Assembly: GCA_026770705.1 (NCBI GenBank)
Contig: JANJGN010000002.1
Span: 176,638,001-176,702,000 of the forward strand
Origin: Isurus oxyrinchus
Taxonomy: Eukaryota
Direction: 5' to 3'
DNA length: 64,000 bases
The position numbers and the translations under genes were made by a program. Positions 11,215 to 22,754 of this stretch are shown piece by piece. Below the pieces are notes generated by a model. That model searched no databases. It saw nothing but the letters and a program-made list of their open reading frames with translations, and was not told where the DNA came from. Positions within the stretch are counted from its first letter, which is position 1; each line of letters opens with the position of its first letter.

Positions 11215-12075
11215 GGTGAAGGAGTGGGGAGAGGAAGGTCTAGCTGTGAGTGAGAGATCAAGTTGTACTGCGGAGGGGGCAGTGCTGTGGAAAAGGAAGT
11301 CTGAGTGTCACTTGGAGAGGAAGGTGTACAAGGTGAGTTGGGGGGGTGAGGTTGGGTGGGGGGAATGAAGGTGTCGGGGGGCAGTGAGGTTGGGAGGAGG
11401 GATGGAGGTGTCAGGGGAGTGAGGTTGGGAGGGACGGTTGAAAGTGTCAGGGAGGGGATGAGGTTGGGAGGGGGAGGGAATACGGGGGGGTGGGGAGAAG
11501 GGTGTAGAGGGGGAAGGAAGGTGTATTGGAGTGAGTTTGGAGAAGGGAAAGTGTCCATGGGGAGGAGGCAATTCAGAGGGGGGAAAGTGTCCAGGGGGAG
11601 GAGGGAGTTTAGAGAGGGGAAGTTGTTCAGGTGGAGGAGGGAATAAGGGGGTAGGATGTCCAGGTAAATGTGCAAGGGAGGGGGTCTGTGGAATCAATGA
11701 CTGCCTCCTGGGGAGTGAACTGAGGGTGGGCAAGGTAGGAGAGAATGATGCATATGTGAGGGGTCAGAGGAAGCCGGTAGGATGGTAGGGTGAGCGTGCG
11801 TCGGTAGTGGTAGAAGTGACAGCAAGCATGATTGGCGGGGACTCGGAGGCAGACACAGATACTGGGGTTGGGAAGGAGGAGGTTAGGTAGGTCAATATGG
11901 ATGGGGGTGGGATTCTCAGGGAGGTAGAGAACATGCACATTCACCTGGACATCCTGGAAAGACAACGGTTCGGGTTGGTAGGTGATAGTTGGAAAGTGGA
12001 AGGTGATGCCTGGGGGGGGTCGACAATGATGGGGGAAAGGACATGAGTAACTGGAGGAGGGGAAAGGATGGGGGA
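11215..12075 (+). repeat. Purine/G-rich low-complexity tract with degenerate ~35-bp repeats inside the Harbinger element
   Basis: Runs of GGG/GGGG and repeated 'gaggttgggag', 'ggaggtgtcagggg', 'gggaaagtgtcca.ggggaggagg'. Confidence 0.8.
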
Positions 12076-12438
12076 GTTGACGATATACTTGGCCACAATC
12101 ATCATTGTCAAAATTGAAAGCGAGTGGAGCATCATGTTGGACAGGCACAGGTGCTGCATGGGAGTGCATTCAGTGTGTGGGCGGAGGTGCAGGTCAGCTC
12201 AGATGAAAGTGAACCCCAGCCGACAGCACTGAAAATGCTCGTGACAGTGAGATGAGTGTGATGGATGAACGTTCCATGTGCATGGGACAGTGCTTGCACA
12301 AGGTTCTGAAAGGCCCTGTCACACACACACTTCTCCCTCCAGAATCCCTTGTTTCAGATTATGAAGTGACAAAATGTGTTCACCCATGCAGCCACTTGTG
12401 AACTGAATTTCTTAACTTTTCTAGGCCTACCACTTCTT

Positions 12439-14089
12439 CTAGGTGCTGCCCTGACATCCGCAACAGGGGAGGAGGCAGCCTGTGCAATGGTTGGCCCTGT
12501 TGCTTCTGATGACTTTGGTGTGAGTCCTCTGGAGATCTGAGGCCTTGAGGGAATCAGTTTGATTTGGCTGTCTTCCTGTCCCCAGCTGCTGCTCTGCAGT
12601 AACAGAGGACGAGGTTGAGCTGGTCACAGGCAAAGAGGACTCGGAGGGAGCAACCAGCCTCTGAGATTCCTGGATGACCCAGGGGTGTCCAGCTGCTGCT
12701 CATCCTCCCTTCGGGTGCCCGAGGGCCCCGGCCTGACTACTTGAGGGGAAGGAGCACTGGAGGAACTTTGAGGTGCCCAATTTCCCTTTTGCCTTGCCAC
12801 TGCAGGAACTCACCAATGGCTACCATGATGGAATGCAGGTCTGCACGCATTTCCACATTGTGCTGAACCATGGCGTCCACCATCCTTCCCATGGACGCCT
12901 CCATAAGCGCACATGTGGGCACCACTTCATCAAGAGTAGACAGATGCACTCCTGCAACTCACATGCCACTCTGCTGAGGGCTTCCAACAGCTCTGCATGA
13001 TGTTCCCCCACCTTCTGCTGACTCTGCACAATGAGTTGGAAGGCCAAATCCAGAGGCTCATCATCTGACTTAGATCTCACAGATGCCTCTTCCCCAGCAG
13101 TCTTCTGAGTGCTGGGGAGCTCGGCTGAACTTGCCTCCTCCTGCTGCAAACAGTGCAGTGACCCCAGATTGTGAATCCGACTCTGCTCTAGATCTAGGTC
13201 CGACCAAGATGTGTGTCTTACCACCTGGTAGAGGGTGTGGGTAAATATTGTGATGGGTCTTCCAGACTGCTTATTTCCAGCTCTTCAATGGGGGACGTGT
13301 CCTCTTGGCTCGAGTTGAGGACCTGGATGGAGCTGTGGAACTGACTGGCTGAGGGTGTCAGTTGCTTAGCAGAGCTCCCTGTGAACCAAAGTAGAGATAA
13401 TTAATGCATAGCAGCAGAGTCAAAAGCAGGAGAGAGAGCATTCACAGTTGCGTTGAAAGACGGACAACGTGGTGCAGGATCCTCACGTGGGTGCTTGCTA
13501 CCGACCTCACTATCGCCGCAGGTATGGTCCATGTCCTTACCAGTCAGCACGATGGCACGCTCCTCAAAGTGACTGAGGGGCCTAATGTGGACCACTCAAC
13601 CCCTGGTCTGGGACCTCTCCCTGCTGATGAGCCAGCTTCTTCTGCATGAAAACAGATGGCCAGAGTGTGAGCAGGATGCATGACACTGCATGGAATGTTT
13701 CTGCAATGAGTGGAGTCATGGATGGGATGAGGACACGAGCTGTAGAGGATATGAGCCTGATGGAAATGTGAAAGTGTGTGTGAGTTAGTGGTGTTGTCCC
13801 TTGAGGTGTGAGAACTCTGGATAGCTGATGGGTTTGTGAGTGTGTGAGTTGAGAGGTGATGAGGTGGTTGACTTACCCTGGCAGAATGGATGAGAGCATT
13901 CATCCTTTTCTTGCACTGGATCGGTGACCGCTTCTGTGCTCTGGTGGACACATTGATAACCGTGGTGAACCTCCTGTGGCCAGAGTGGGGGTGGAGGACA
14001 TCACGGTGGCCTTCCACTGCGTCCAGCAGGTGCCACGGAGAGGTGTCATTCAATTTGGTGGCTGCCGTCTTCTTTGTTTTCAGGACCAT
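12439..14089 (-). pseudogene. Harbinger Myb/SANT-like DNA-binding gene (NAIF1/MSANTD-type), three exons, frameshifted
   Basis: Exon 1 14089-13877 (LLDAVEGHRDVL...KRSPIQCKKRMNALIHSAR, donor GTAAGT). Exon 2 13641-13487 (acceptor ttttcatgcag, KKLAH.., LSHFEERAI, donor GTGAGG). Exon 3 from 13378 (acceptor ttcacag) covering ORFs 12820-13224 and 12737-12949. TATA-like TATTTAAA at about 14147-14154. Confidence 0.75.
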
Positions 14090-15701
14090 CTGTCGCCTGG
14101 AGCAGTGTTGATCTGTAGACATGAAGTTAGCTGCGTTCTGGTGCACTTTAAATATGGCGCTGGAGTGAGGAGGCGCTGAGTCCACGGCGTAGCGGGCAAA
14201 TCTGAGGCTGCCTGCCAGTGATCAGGAGTGTTTCCTGTGAATGCATTATTAATGAGGCGGGATGTGCCTGGAAGGGGACAGTATGGTGCCAATGCGTTTC
14301 ACACTCATGACCACACTTAGTGCAAATCTGGGACAATTCCGCCCATTATTGAACCAACTTCATTTACACCTCCCCAACAGAGAGGGCAGCTCTAAAAATA
14401 TACTGCACATCCCTGCTGCTAAGGATGGTTCTCCCTTCGTTGAACCAAATATGATCATAAAAGCTTGGTGGTCAGTTAACAAAGTCAACTTCCTATGATA
14501 CTGTAATTGTGGGACTTTGTAACACTATATATAATAACACCCCTTTCTCAGCTTTTGAGTAATTTGCTCTGACTTTGTTAAAGTACGTGAAGAAAATGTT
14601 ACAGGTTTCTCCCACACTGTCTTATAACATCACACCTAATAACTATGGTGAGGCATCCACACTAAAACAAGTTTGTTTGCAATCATAGTGGGTCAAAACA
14701 GCATCACTGGTCAGCACTTTACTATACGATGCTTTCTGAGACTCTGTACAGTCCACTCCTATTCCATCTTTGAGCAGTTGATACAGTGAAGTGAATGTAA
14801 GCTAAATTAGGGATGAACTTGGAATAATACACAACAATACCTATAAATGTTCTAAGCTTTTCTTTGTTCTCTGGTCTCTTTGCTTTCAAAATCCCTTCTG
14901 CTCCATTGGGTGCATACCTTCACTATCTATTTGGTGACTCAGCTATGTTACAGTTGACACTATGAAGCAACATTTGTGCTTTTTGGCTTTGATGCCACAA
15001 TCTTGAAATCAACCTAGAACTTTGTTCAACCTTACAATGTGTTCTTTCTTTGTCTTACTGATAATTAGAATGTCATCTAAGAAGCAGCACACTCCTTTCA
15101 TCTCACTTAGTACCTGATCCATGACTCGCTGGAACACTGTGGGAGCAGTAGACACCACAAATGTACTGGTACAAACCTGTGTGTGTATGAATGGTCAACA
15201 GTTCTTGTCAGTTAATTCTAATTGTAAATGTGCATTTGACAAATCTATTTTATTGAACATCTATCCATTAGCTAAATTAGGAAACAAATCTTTGCTATCA
15301 AGCAGTGGTAAGTACCATTCTCAATCACCTTATATACTGTTTGCTTATAATTTCCACAAAACTGAATGGACTTGTCTGCTTTTTGAACTACCACAATGGG
15401 CGTGGCCCATTCATTGTCCTTCACCTTCTTAACAGCCCCTATTCTTTCTAATCTATTCAGCTCTTTACTTACTGCTCCTGCTGTACATAAGGCACTGACC
15501 TAGCCTTGTAAAATGTTGGCTCTACAGTTTTCTTTATCTCAACTTCGGTCTTGTGATGCCTAAGTTAGTTTTCCTTAATCAAAGACCATTTTGTGCTTTC
15601 TTACCACTCTGTCAATGTCAGGTGTATTCTTCCTGATCCTTACCTCAAATAACTCAGCCAGTTTAACCATACTGTCAGGGAGCTATAAGACCTCACACTC
15701 T

Positions 15702-16395
15702 GGGCAGAATTTTTTGCCTACCAGGTGGGCGGGCCTGACCCAATCTCCTATGGACAGGGAGACGATCCCCACCGGAGAAGCGGGCCCCGACGCCATTTTA
15801 AGAAGACGGGCCAATAAAAAGTGACGCCCGGCAGGAAGCGCATAGCGCTTCCTGTGTGGGTGGGGGGATTCCCCAAATGCGAGAGTGCACTCTTTTGCGC
15901 ATGCGCACGATAGAGCACACATCTCTCTGAGGCTAAGTGCTGCCTCGGAGATCGCTGAAAGTTGTTCAAACATTAAAAATAGAAAAATAAAAAAATCCTT
16001 AACATGCCCCCCTCATGTGATAATGTCACACGAGATGGGACATGTTAATAAATTTCACTAAAACTTTATTAAAGTTTTGTAAACCCTACATGAAACCTCA
16101 TCCCACCCGTGGATGAGGCTTCATGTTTTTTCAGAAGCCAGCCAGGGCGCCCAGCCTGTCCACCAACCTTAAGATTGGACGGCAGGTTCTTTAATTGTTT
16201 TAATTATCCTGTCAATGGCCTCAATTGGCCATTGACAGGTCGGTGGGTGCACAGCTGATTTCGCTGTGCCCCCGCCTTCTTGAAAATTTAGATGGGGCGG
16301 GGTGACGTCGGGGTTCTGCCCGATGTCATCCCACATAATTTTGCACGTCGGCGAGCGGGCCCCGCCCCCTGCTTGTTGACGGCAAAATCCATCCC
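15702..16395. mobile_element. Harbinger-type MITE
   Basis: TIRs GGGCAGAATTTTTTGCC / GGGATGGATTTTGCC (rc). 3-bp TSD TCT on both sides. Internal sequence shared with copies at 30.65-31.1 kb and 58.7-59.3 kb. Confidence 0.85.
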
Positions 16396-16498
16396 TCTAT
16401 ATTTTTTATAAAATATATAAAGATATCCTCATAGCTAATTCTTAAAATTTAAAAAACTGGACAAAGACTTTTTTTAAATGGCTGAAGCTATATCTGTC

Positions 16499-17405
16499 TG
16501 TGACCCTCAAATAATGTAGCAGTTTCACAGAAACTGACACCTCGTTATCTCTAGAGACCCAAACGACCTTTCGGCTGTAGTCACCAAATTCAAAGGGAAC
16601 TATACAAAGGCCGGCTACATTTCATAAGCCAGGTCTGACCAACTGGAACTGATATGTCTGCTAGGACAAAGGACCCCGCAAACTCCTCTTCAAGACTCAA
16701 TGGTTAGCAGATTAACAATCTCAGGGACCCAGACAAAGGGATGCACACCCTTTGTCAAAGCCAGAGTGGAAAGATGGGAGTCATGTGACACGAACACTTA
16801 GCTCATGGAACCAGCCTTGTAGTACTAAGAAACCTCAGTCTGCCATTTTACCATCTACAAGCAACAGCATAGAAAAGGGGTTCTGCCCAGGTTGATTACC
16901 TTGCCCCATTTACACTGTTTCTACTCAAACTTCTGTAACATCTTCTACAAGACTCATTTATCTTTGTATGCCTACTTCATTGTAGAAGTCAACTCTACTG
17001 GAAAAAATAATTATACAGCATTGACATTTAGCCTGTGGACCTCTGCAAAGGGATACCTCATTGGACTTTGGTTCTGGTCTCTGGACACATGTGAAATAAT
17101 AATTCTTTTCTCTGTGGACTTTGCCCTGTAAATCTTTCTTTCTCTATCCCTCTTTTACTGTATAAATGCACAGGGGACTACGTAGCCACCTCCTTCCCAT
17201 GTTTTGAGTGTTTGCAAATAAGCTGGCCCTCTGAGTTCATCCTATCTCAAGTTTGCTGTGGGGTTATGAATAGAAAATTGGATCTCACCAAAATTAAGAG
17301 GTTGGAAAACCCACCACTGCTTAATCAAAACACATTTCTGTTTATGGACGGGCAGTAAGAGGAGGAATCAGGGCTGTTTAAATTGATCCCCCTCCTGTCT
17401 GCAAT
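16499..17405 (+). mobile_element. Probable solo LTR inserted in the Gypsy pol region
   Basis: Begins TGTGAC, non-coding, interrupts Gypsy coding remnants between protease and RT. Boundaries approximate. Confidence 0.45.
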
Positions 17406-18203
17406 GGTGTCTTCTTAAGCCAATTTCTTGCCACCAGGGAGGCTTTATTCCTTTTTATTATTACTAATAGCAAGTAATAACATCATATTCCACTCTAACA
17501 CTAATTTCATTTAACATTGGAATATTGTTATTAGATTAACAGGTCAGTTTCACACCAGTTTTGCATGAAGTAATGTGGTTTAGGGACTTCTTGTACTCTC
17601 CTTCCAAGATAATAGACAATGCTGCAGCTGTATCAATGATGAGAGTAAGTTGTGAATCTCTGACTTTCATTTCTTTTATGGGTGCTGGAGTTATATTTTC
17701 AGCCCTTTTACTCTTATCATCCATGTGCTGTTTTTCTTGTTCTCTGACTGAATCCAACTCCTGAGCTTCCTGCTCTATGATATCAACTTCTGTCTTCATA
17801 TCTATCAGATACACATTCAAGGACTCCTGAACTAGCTTTAGATCCACCACGACCTCAACCAGGTGCATGGCTGCAACCTGGAGCTTCACCATGACCTAGA
17901 GCATTATTGTTTCTTCTACTCCTGCATGCTGTCTGAATATGACTGACTTTCCCACAGGCATAGCACTCTGACTGGAAATGGGAGCATTTAAATGTTTGAT
18001 GGCTACCATCGCAATGATAGCATATACATTTCTGACTCTGAAACTGTGAACTTAGCAGCAGTGGCCTGCATCATTCTGAAATCAGGTGGACCCTTCCCAA
18101 CTTCCCATCCCTGCCAGTGCAGGAAAAGAACTCACTTGCAATTTGCAACTATCCCTTTCTGTCACTTCAATGGCTGTGACCTCACCTCAGGCTTCCTTCC
18201 ACA

Positions 18204-18303
18204 GTTCTGTCGAAGGGTCATGAGGACTCGAAACGTCAAATCTTTTCTTCTCCGCCTATGCTGCCAGACCTGCTGAGTTTTTCCAGGTAATTCTGTTTTT
18301 GTT
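18204..18303 (+). mobile_element. Young PLE terminal fragment with hammerhead, inserted in Gypsy gag
   Basis: CTGTCGAAGGGTCATGAGGACTCGAAACGTC. TSD TTCCTTCCACA at 18193-18203 and 18304-18314. Confidence 0.92.
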
Positions 18304-19494
18304 TTCCTTCCACATCAGCTTATTGTCTTTCCTCAAAAGCTTGGCTTGGATTGTATTGTTCTTTAATCCTCCTTTAAACACATCTCTAAAGTTGATTTCT
18401 AAGTTTGTGCCATACCCATAGTGATGAGAGTTTCTTTAATTTGAGAATATAATCTGCAATGTTCTCACTTGATAAATGTTTCTTTTCATGGAATGCAACT
18501 CTCAGTGCAACTTCATTCTTGGTTGTGCTATAATATGAGTCCAGAATCTCATTCATTTCAGAATACTATATAGTACTGGGGTCTCATGAACAACAAGGGT
18601 CAGACACATCTCTTAAGCATTTGGCCTCATCATGGTGAGGAAAATATTTACTTTATCCTCATCTCTTAAATTATTTGCTTTCAGCTAAATGTGTAACCTT
18701 TGTTTGTGATTATGCCAGTCCTTTTTGTTTGGGTTGAACTCCCCCATTGTTGCCAAATATGCCTTCAGTACCATTTTTTCATTACGTACCGTGCTGACTC
18801 ACTATATATCTGAACACGATTTGCACATACTGCATTTTTTCTAGTGGCTCAAACTTCCTCAAAATCAACTCTAGAGTTCCAAAAATGTGACACTATGTTC
18901 TTCAGCCCTTAATTTCTCAAATGAAATGTAAAATAAAACTCCATCCCAGCATCATCACCATCTTTCTGTTATGTATTGCACTGAGTAATATTAATGCATG
19001 CTCAACTGCAGGCAGCCATTATTGAACTAACTTTATTTATTCTTCCCCAACAGAGAGAGCAGCAGTCTAAATGCGTACGCTCATTTCTTAAGCAAATAAA
19101 AATGAAAACAGGCTTGTTTCTTAAAAATTATCATATTCTGTATGTTGATGCTCTGAAAACTACATTTCTGTTCCCTTTCCTTACAGAGAGCACTACCATT
19201 ACAGAATGACTGAACAACATTGGCTGAACATATGTTTGAAATTCATACCAATGATATGCGGTCTATATCTTTTAGCGTGTGGTTGATGGGGAAAAGGGGA
19301 GGACACACTAGCAGACTTCTTACACTCTCCAAGAGGTGCACTTGTTACAAAAGTAACTTTCTGCAAAGATTTAATGTTTGACTGAAGGAGGCAGTAGAAT
19401 TAGGCATCATATTTATGATAAAGGCAACATGGATAAGTGATGCAATGGGGATTATTTCAGTATTTTCTTCTGCTTGCTATTCACTCTCTCTTCA

Positions 19495-19792
19495 GGTACA
19501 TGCCCTAAGAGGGCATCGGCAACCGCTGACTTCCATGTGTTGATCCATAGTTAAGTTCACCAAGGCACTGCAGTGGTTTGCCATTGCCTTCTGTAGATTC
19601 TAGCTGACCAGAAGACTCTCCGGCTCTTACTGCCTGTCATTGGTGTATTGGAAGGATTTTCAAGTTGATAATCAATCTGCTTGGCCACATTATGAGCGCA
19701 CCTTCCATAGCCATCATAACCAAGTGGGACTCAAACCTGGAGCTTCTGTCTCAGAGGTAGGGAACTACCACTACACCACAAGTCCTCCTCCT
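19495..19792 (-). mobile_element. tRNA-derived SINE with RTE/CORE-SINE-like tail
   Basis: Minus-strand head TGGTGTAGTGGTAG...GGTTTGAGTCCCAC (A/B boxes); tail GAAGGCAATGGCAAACCACTGCAGT. Confidence 0.6.
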
Positions 19793-20062
19793 GCTTGTTA
19801 TTATGAGTAAAAAAGAAATTGCTGTATAACAGTATTTCACTTTATTTTTCAAATTATATAAAATAATCTGATTTTGAAAAGCTTCTCTGAGCATATGTTC
19901 TAGATGAAAGCTATTTTTTTTTACTTTGGGAAAAGAAACAGACACAGAGACAAAACACCAATTAAAGCACTATCAAAACTGGTGTTCCCTCTACATCTGA
20001 CTGTTCTTAGTGTTGCTAAATGTCAGGCACGGAGTGCCATTCTAGTAATATTTATCATAATG

Positions 20063-20560
20063 TAGAGTGACCAGAAGTCCCAGTTTTGTTGCAACAGTCC
20101 CAGTTTTTCATGAAAAGTCCCAGTATTTCCAAAAAATAGTTCAAATGTCCTGGTTTTCACCTTTTCCCTTTCTGTCAAATATAAACTGGGCCTTGGGGGA
20201 GAAAATCTGTAAAATTTCATCCTTCTTCCTGTGAACACCCATCACATTGCATTGCATTGTATTCAGCAGACCTGTATCCTCCCCCACAGCCCCCTTGATG
20301 CCTCCCAGGGAGTTCTCACTACCTTTTTGGTGCCGTTGGCTCCATTGCTGCTGGCGTATTTTAAACGATCTACAAAATAGGGTTGCCAACTCTGGCTGGA
20401 AATATTCCAGGAGATGTCATCACATGACCTCCCACCTTCACCTACACCTCCCCCGGATGCCTGCCATTGGTCGCCTAATATGCCAATCATCACAGAGCCC
20501 CGTCTTCCTATGGCTTTTCAATGTGCCGTGGTTTGGACTTTTGAAAGTCTGGTCACCCTA
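20063..20560. mobile_element. Non-autonomous hAT (Blackjack-like) element
   Basis: TIRs TAGAGTGACCAGA / TAGGGTGACCAGA (rc). Degenerate 8-bp TSD TCATAATG / TCAGTATG. Internal TAGGGTTGCCAAC at 20378. Confidence 0.7.
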
Positions 20561-21729
20561 TCAGTATGGTGTGCATTCTGTTTGATTACTCAACTTTTTA
20601 TATTTTTCCTCTTCATGTAGCTGAAGGAATGTATAATAATTAAAACAACTAATTTACAGGTTCGAAAATAAATTGACAGAATCAGGGAATTTAACACTTT
20701 TTAAAAAATAGCAGAATTCTATGTACATAAAACACAGTCAGTGGCCATTATACATAGCTCAATATTTGGCATCCTGGCATTATAACCATATCAATATGAA
20801 AGTTTCCACTGGGAAGGACAGCGCCATGGGCCACCACCTGTGTTGTCTGCATGGCATTCTTCAATATCAACATAGGAAAGCCAGGCACCAGCTCACATTG
20901 CTGCCTGCACCTGGGGAATCAACTTGAAGCGAGGCTATGCAAAATAATTTCATCACTTCCACCTTCCAACTCACCATCATTGATGCCATGGCAGCTCTTG
21001 GTATTCAAACCAAAATCCATACTTTACTCTACCAAGTTTCCTGCTGTGCACTGTTTCCTATAGCCATCCCAATATGCCCTGTTGCTTGTTGTGTTTCTGC
21101 TGCAGCACAGCGTGGGAGTCATATTAAATACCAATAGCTGCACTCCAGATGCCAGACTGCCTGTGAGTAATACCATGGGAAATCAGCTAGTGTATTTGAA
21201 ATTTGAGTTCACACATTGACTGTACATCAGTTATGCTGGTCATTGAAGGTCTAGTTATTTATATCTGAATATTGTCAATGAGGTCATGTCAGTCCCTGTT
21301 GGACCTTTTAGATCTGAGTCAATTTCTGAGTACATTAAAGAGTTAAAAATTATGTTCATTACTAAAAATAATTGTTAGAAACTAAAGTGTCACTAATTGA
21401 AAGGAGAATCCATTTCATTATTAATGATGCAGAATGGAAATTAACTTGACTAGTTTAGCATAAAAGTCTTATTCTTCAATGTGCTTTTAAATTTTTAATA
21501 AATCACCTTGAAAGCAAAGGTTGCTGTAATATAAATTGTAATAGTTCTTGTAATATAAATTGATCACCACTTTTGAAACTTTGATTACATCCTTATGTTT
21601 AGTTTCCTTTATTGAGCAGTTTATCATCATTGTTTTTTAGAAGGTCTGAAATTGTTGCAATATTGTTTCCTGCTTAATCAAATTTTCTGGGGAAACTGTA
21701 TTTCTATCAGGATTCAGATTTTTTTTAAA

Positions 21730-22620
21730 AAGATAAAAACATAAAACGTTGAAAACACTCAAGAACTGATGAAATATCATTGACTTGGAATGCTGACCCA
21801 GATTTTACTGTGAATAATGAAGCATTGGTTTTTGCCATTCAACATTCACTCTTCTGTACAGTTACCCAGAGACTTTGTGCAGTATGTCAGTAAAGATTTC
21901 TAGTAATCAGGCATCTCACCAAGTGCTATGTTTTCTAGAGGAGATCTGTGGCATTTCTGGACAAGTCAGAGGCTCTTCAGCCAATCAGACTGAAGAATCC
22001 TCACTGAGACACCATTAAAACAGGAAATAATACAGGAAATATTTACAGTTAAACCATTAATCAAGAAATACAGTAAAGATTGGGACATCTATGTGGGACT
22101 AAGGGGAACATAAAAGAGAAAAACAGAAAAATAAAAAATGTATAATTTTTAAAAAAGCTACAGCACTAATGTTTTTCTGATGAAATGAGATTCCACACTT
22201 ACAACTTTTTTCAGGGCCAGAGAGGATGTTCAGCTATAGTTATCACTTATTATGGCATTAGAATCTCAGTTACTTCTGATTGCACAAGTCCTAACTTGAT
22301 CTGTCTTTAGCGCAAAACCAGTGAGTAATTACACTAAGTTCTCACCATTACAGTGATGTATGTATAGATTCGTAGGTGAAGACCACAGCAGTGCAGTCTG
22401 TGGAGAAGTAGGGTATCACCTACACCTTACTGACATCTGTGTTAAACTGCATATGTGTGGGCGCCTGAGGTTGCTTTCAATTTTACCCTGTAATAGCGAA
22501 CAACACTGACAGTATCACTGTTATTAGCACTGCAAAATCTGAGTCATTAACTCTGTTTCCCTTTCCAAGATGCTGTTTGACCTGTTGAGTGAATCTAGCA
22601 TTTTCTATTTTATTTCAGAT
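21730..22620 (+). mobile_element. Old PLE terminal fragment split by a MITE (21795-22545)
   Basis: 'ctgatgaaatatcattgacttggaatgct' resumes as 'taactctgtttccctttccaagatgctgtttgacctgttgagt' after an insert bounded by GACCCAGATTTT / GACTCAGATTTT (rc). Confidence 0.65.
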
Positions 22621-22754
22621 TTATTCTTCTCTTTTTTTCTCTGCTATCTTATTTGCCTTTTTCCAGTCCAGCATCCATGCCTTTGACTCTTTATTATTCT
22701 TTTCAATTCTTTCATGAATCTAACAATGTTATGGGACGGAATAATACCAGGTTT

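Larger units (their letters stand above)
10721..14344. mobile_element. PIF/Harbinger DNA transposon (non-autonomous derivative retaining the Myb/SANT gene)
   Basis: Imperfect TIRs GGGTGGAATCATC / GGGCGGAATTGTC (rc). 3-bp TSD ATT. The empty site is visible in the sister LTR (ggcagccatt-attgaac at about 19011-19027). Internal Myb/SANT-like gene. Confidence 0.88.
10668..19080 (-). mobile_element. Decayed Ty3/Gypsy LTR retrotransposon (LTR-gag-PR-RT-RH-LTR, integrase missing) carrying nested insertions
   Basis: Paired short LTRs at about 18961-19080 and 10668-10720 + 14345-14409. PBS-like TGGTGATGATG at 18950-18960. Gag RVAFHEK..ENIADYILKLKKL (about 18430-18515). Zinc knuckles CYHCDGSHQTFKC and CYACGKVSHIQTAC (about 17925-18025). 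Protease LIIDTAA (about 17630). RT VCCFLDDILII (about 15060-15092). YYSKFIPNLA (about 14800-14830). RNase H LLTDHQ (about 14465-14500). Confidence 0.85.

Noticed and set aside
11181-11788. Pro-rich and Gly-rich ORFs
   Set aside because: They arise from the G-rich low-complexity tract, which lacks stop codons.
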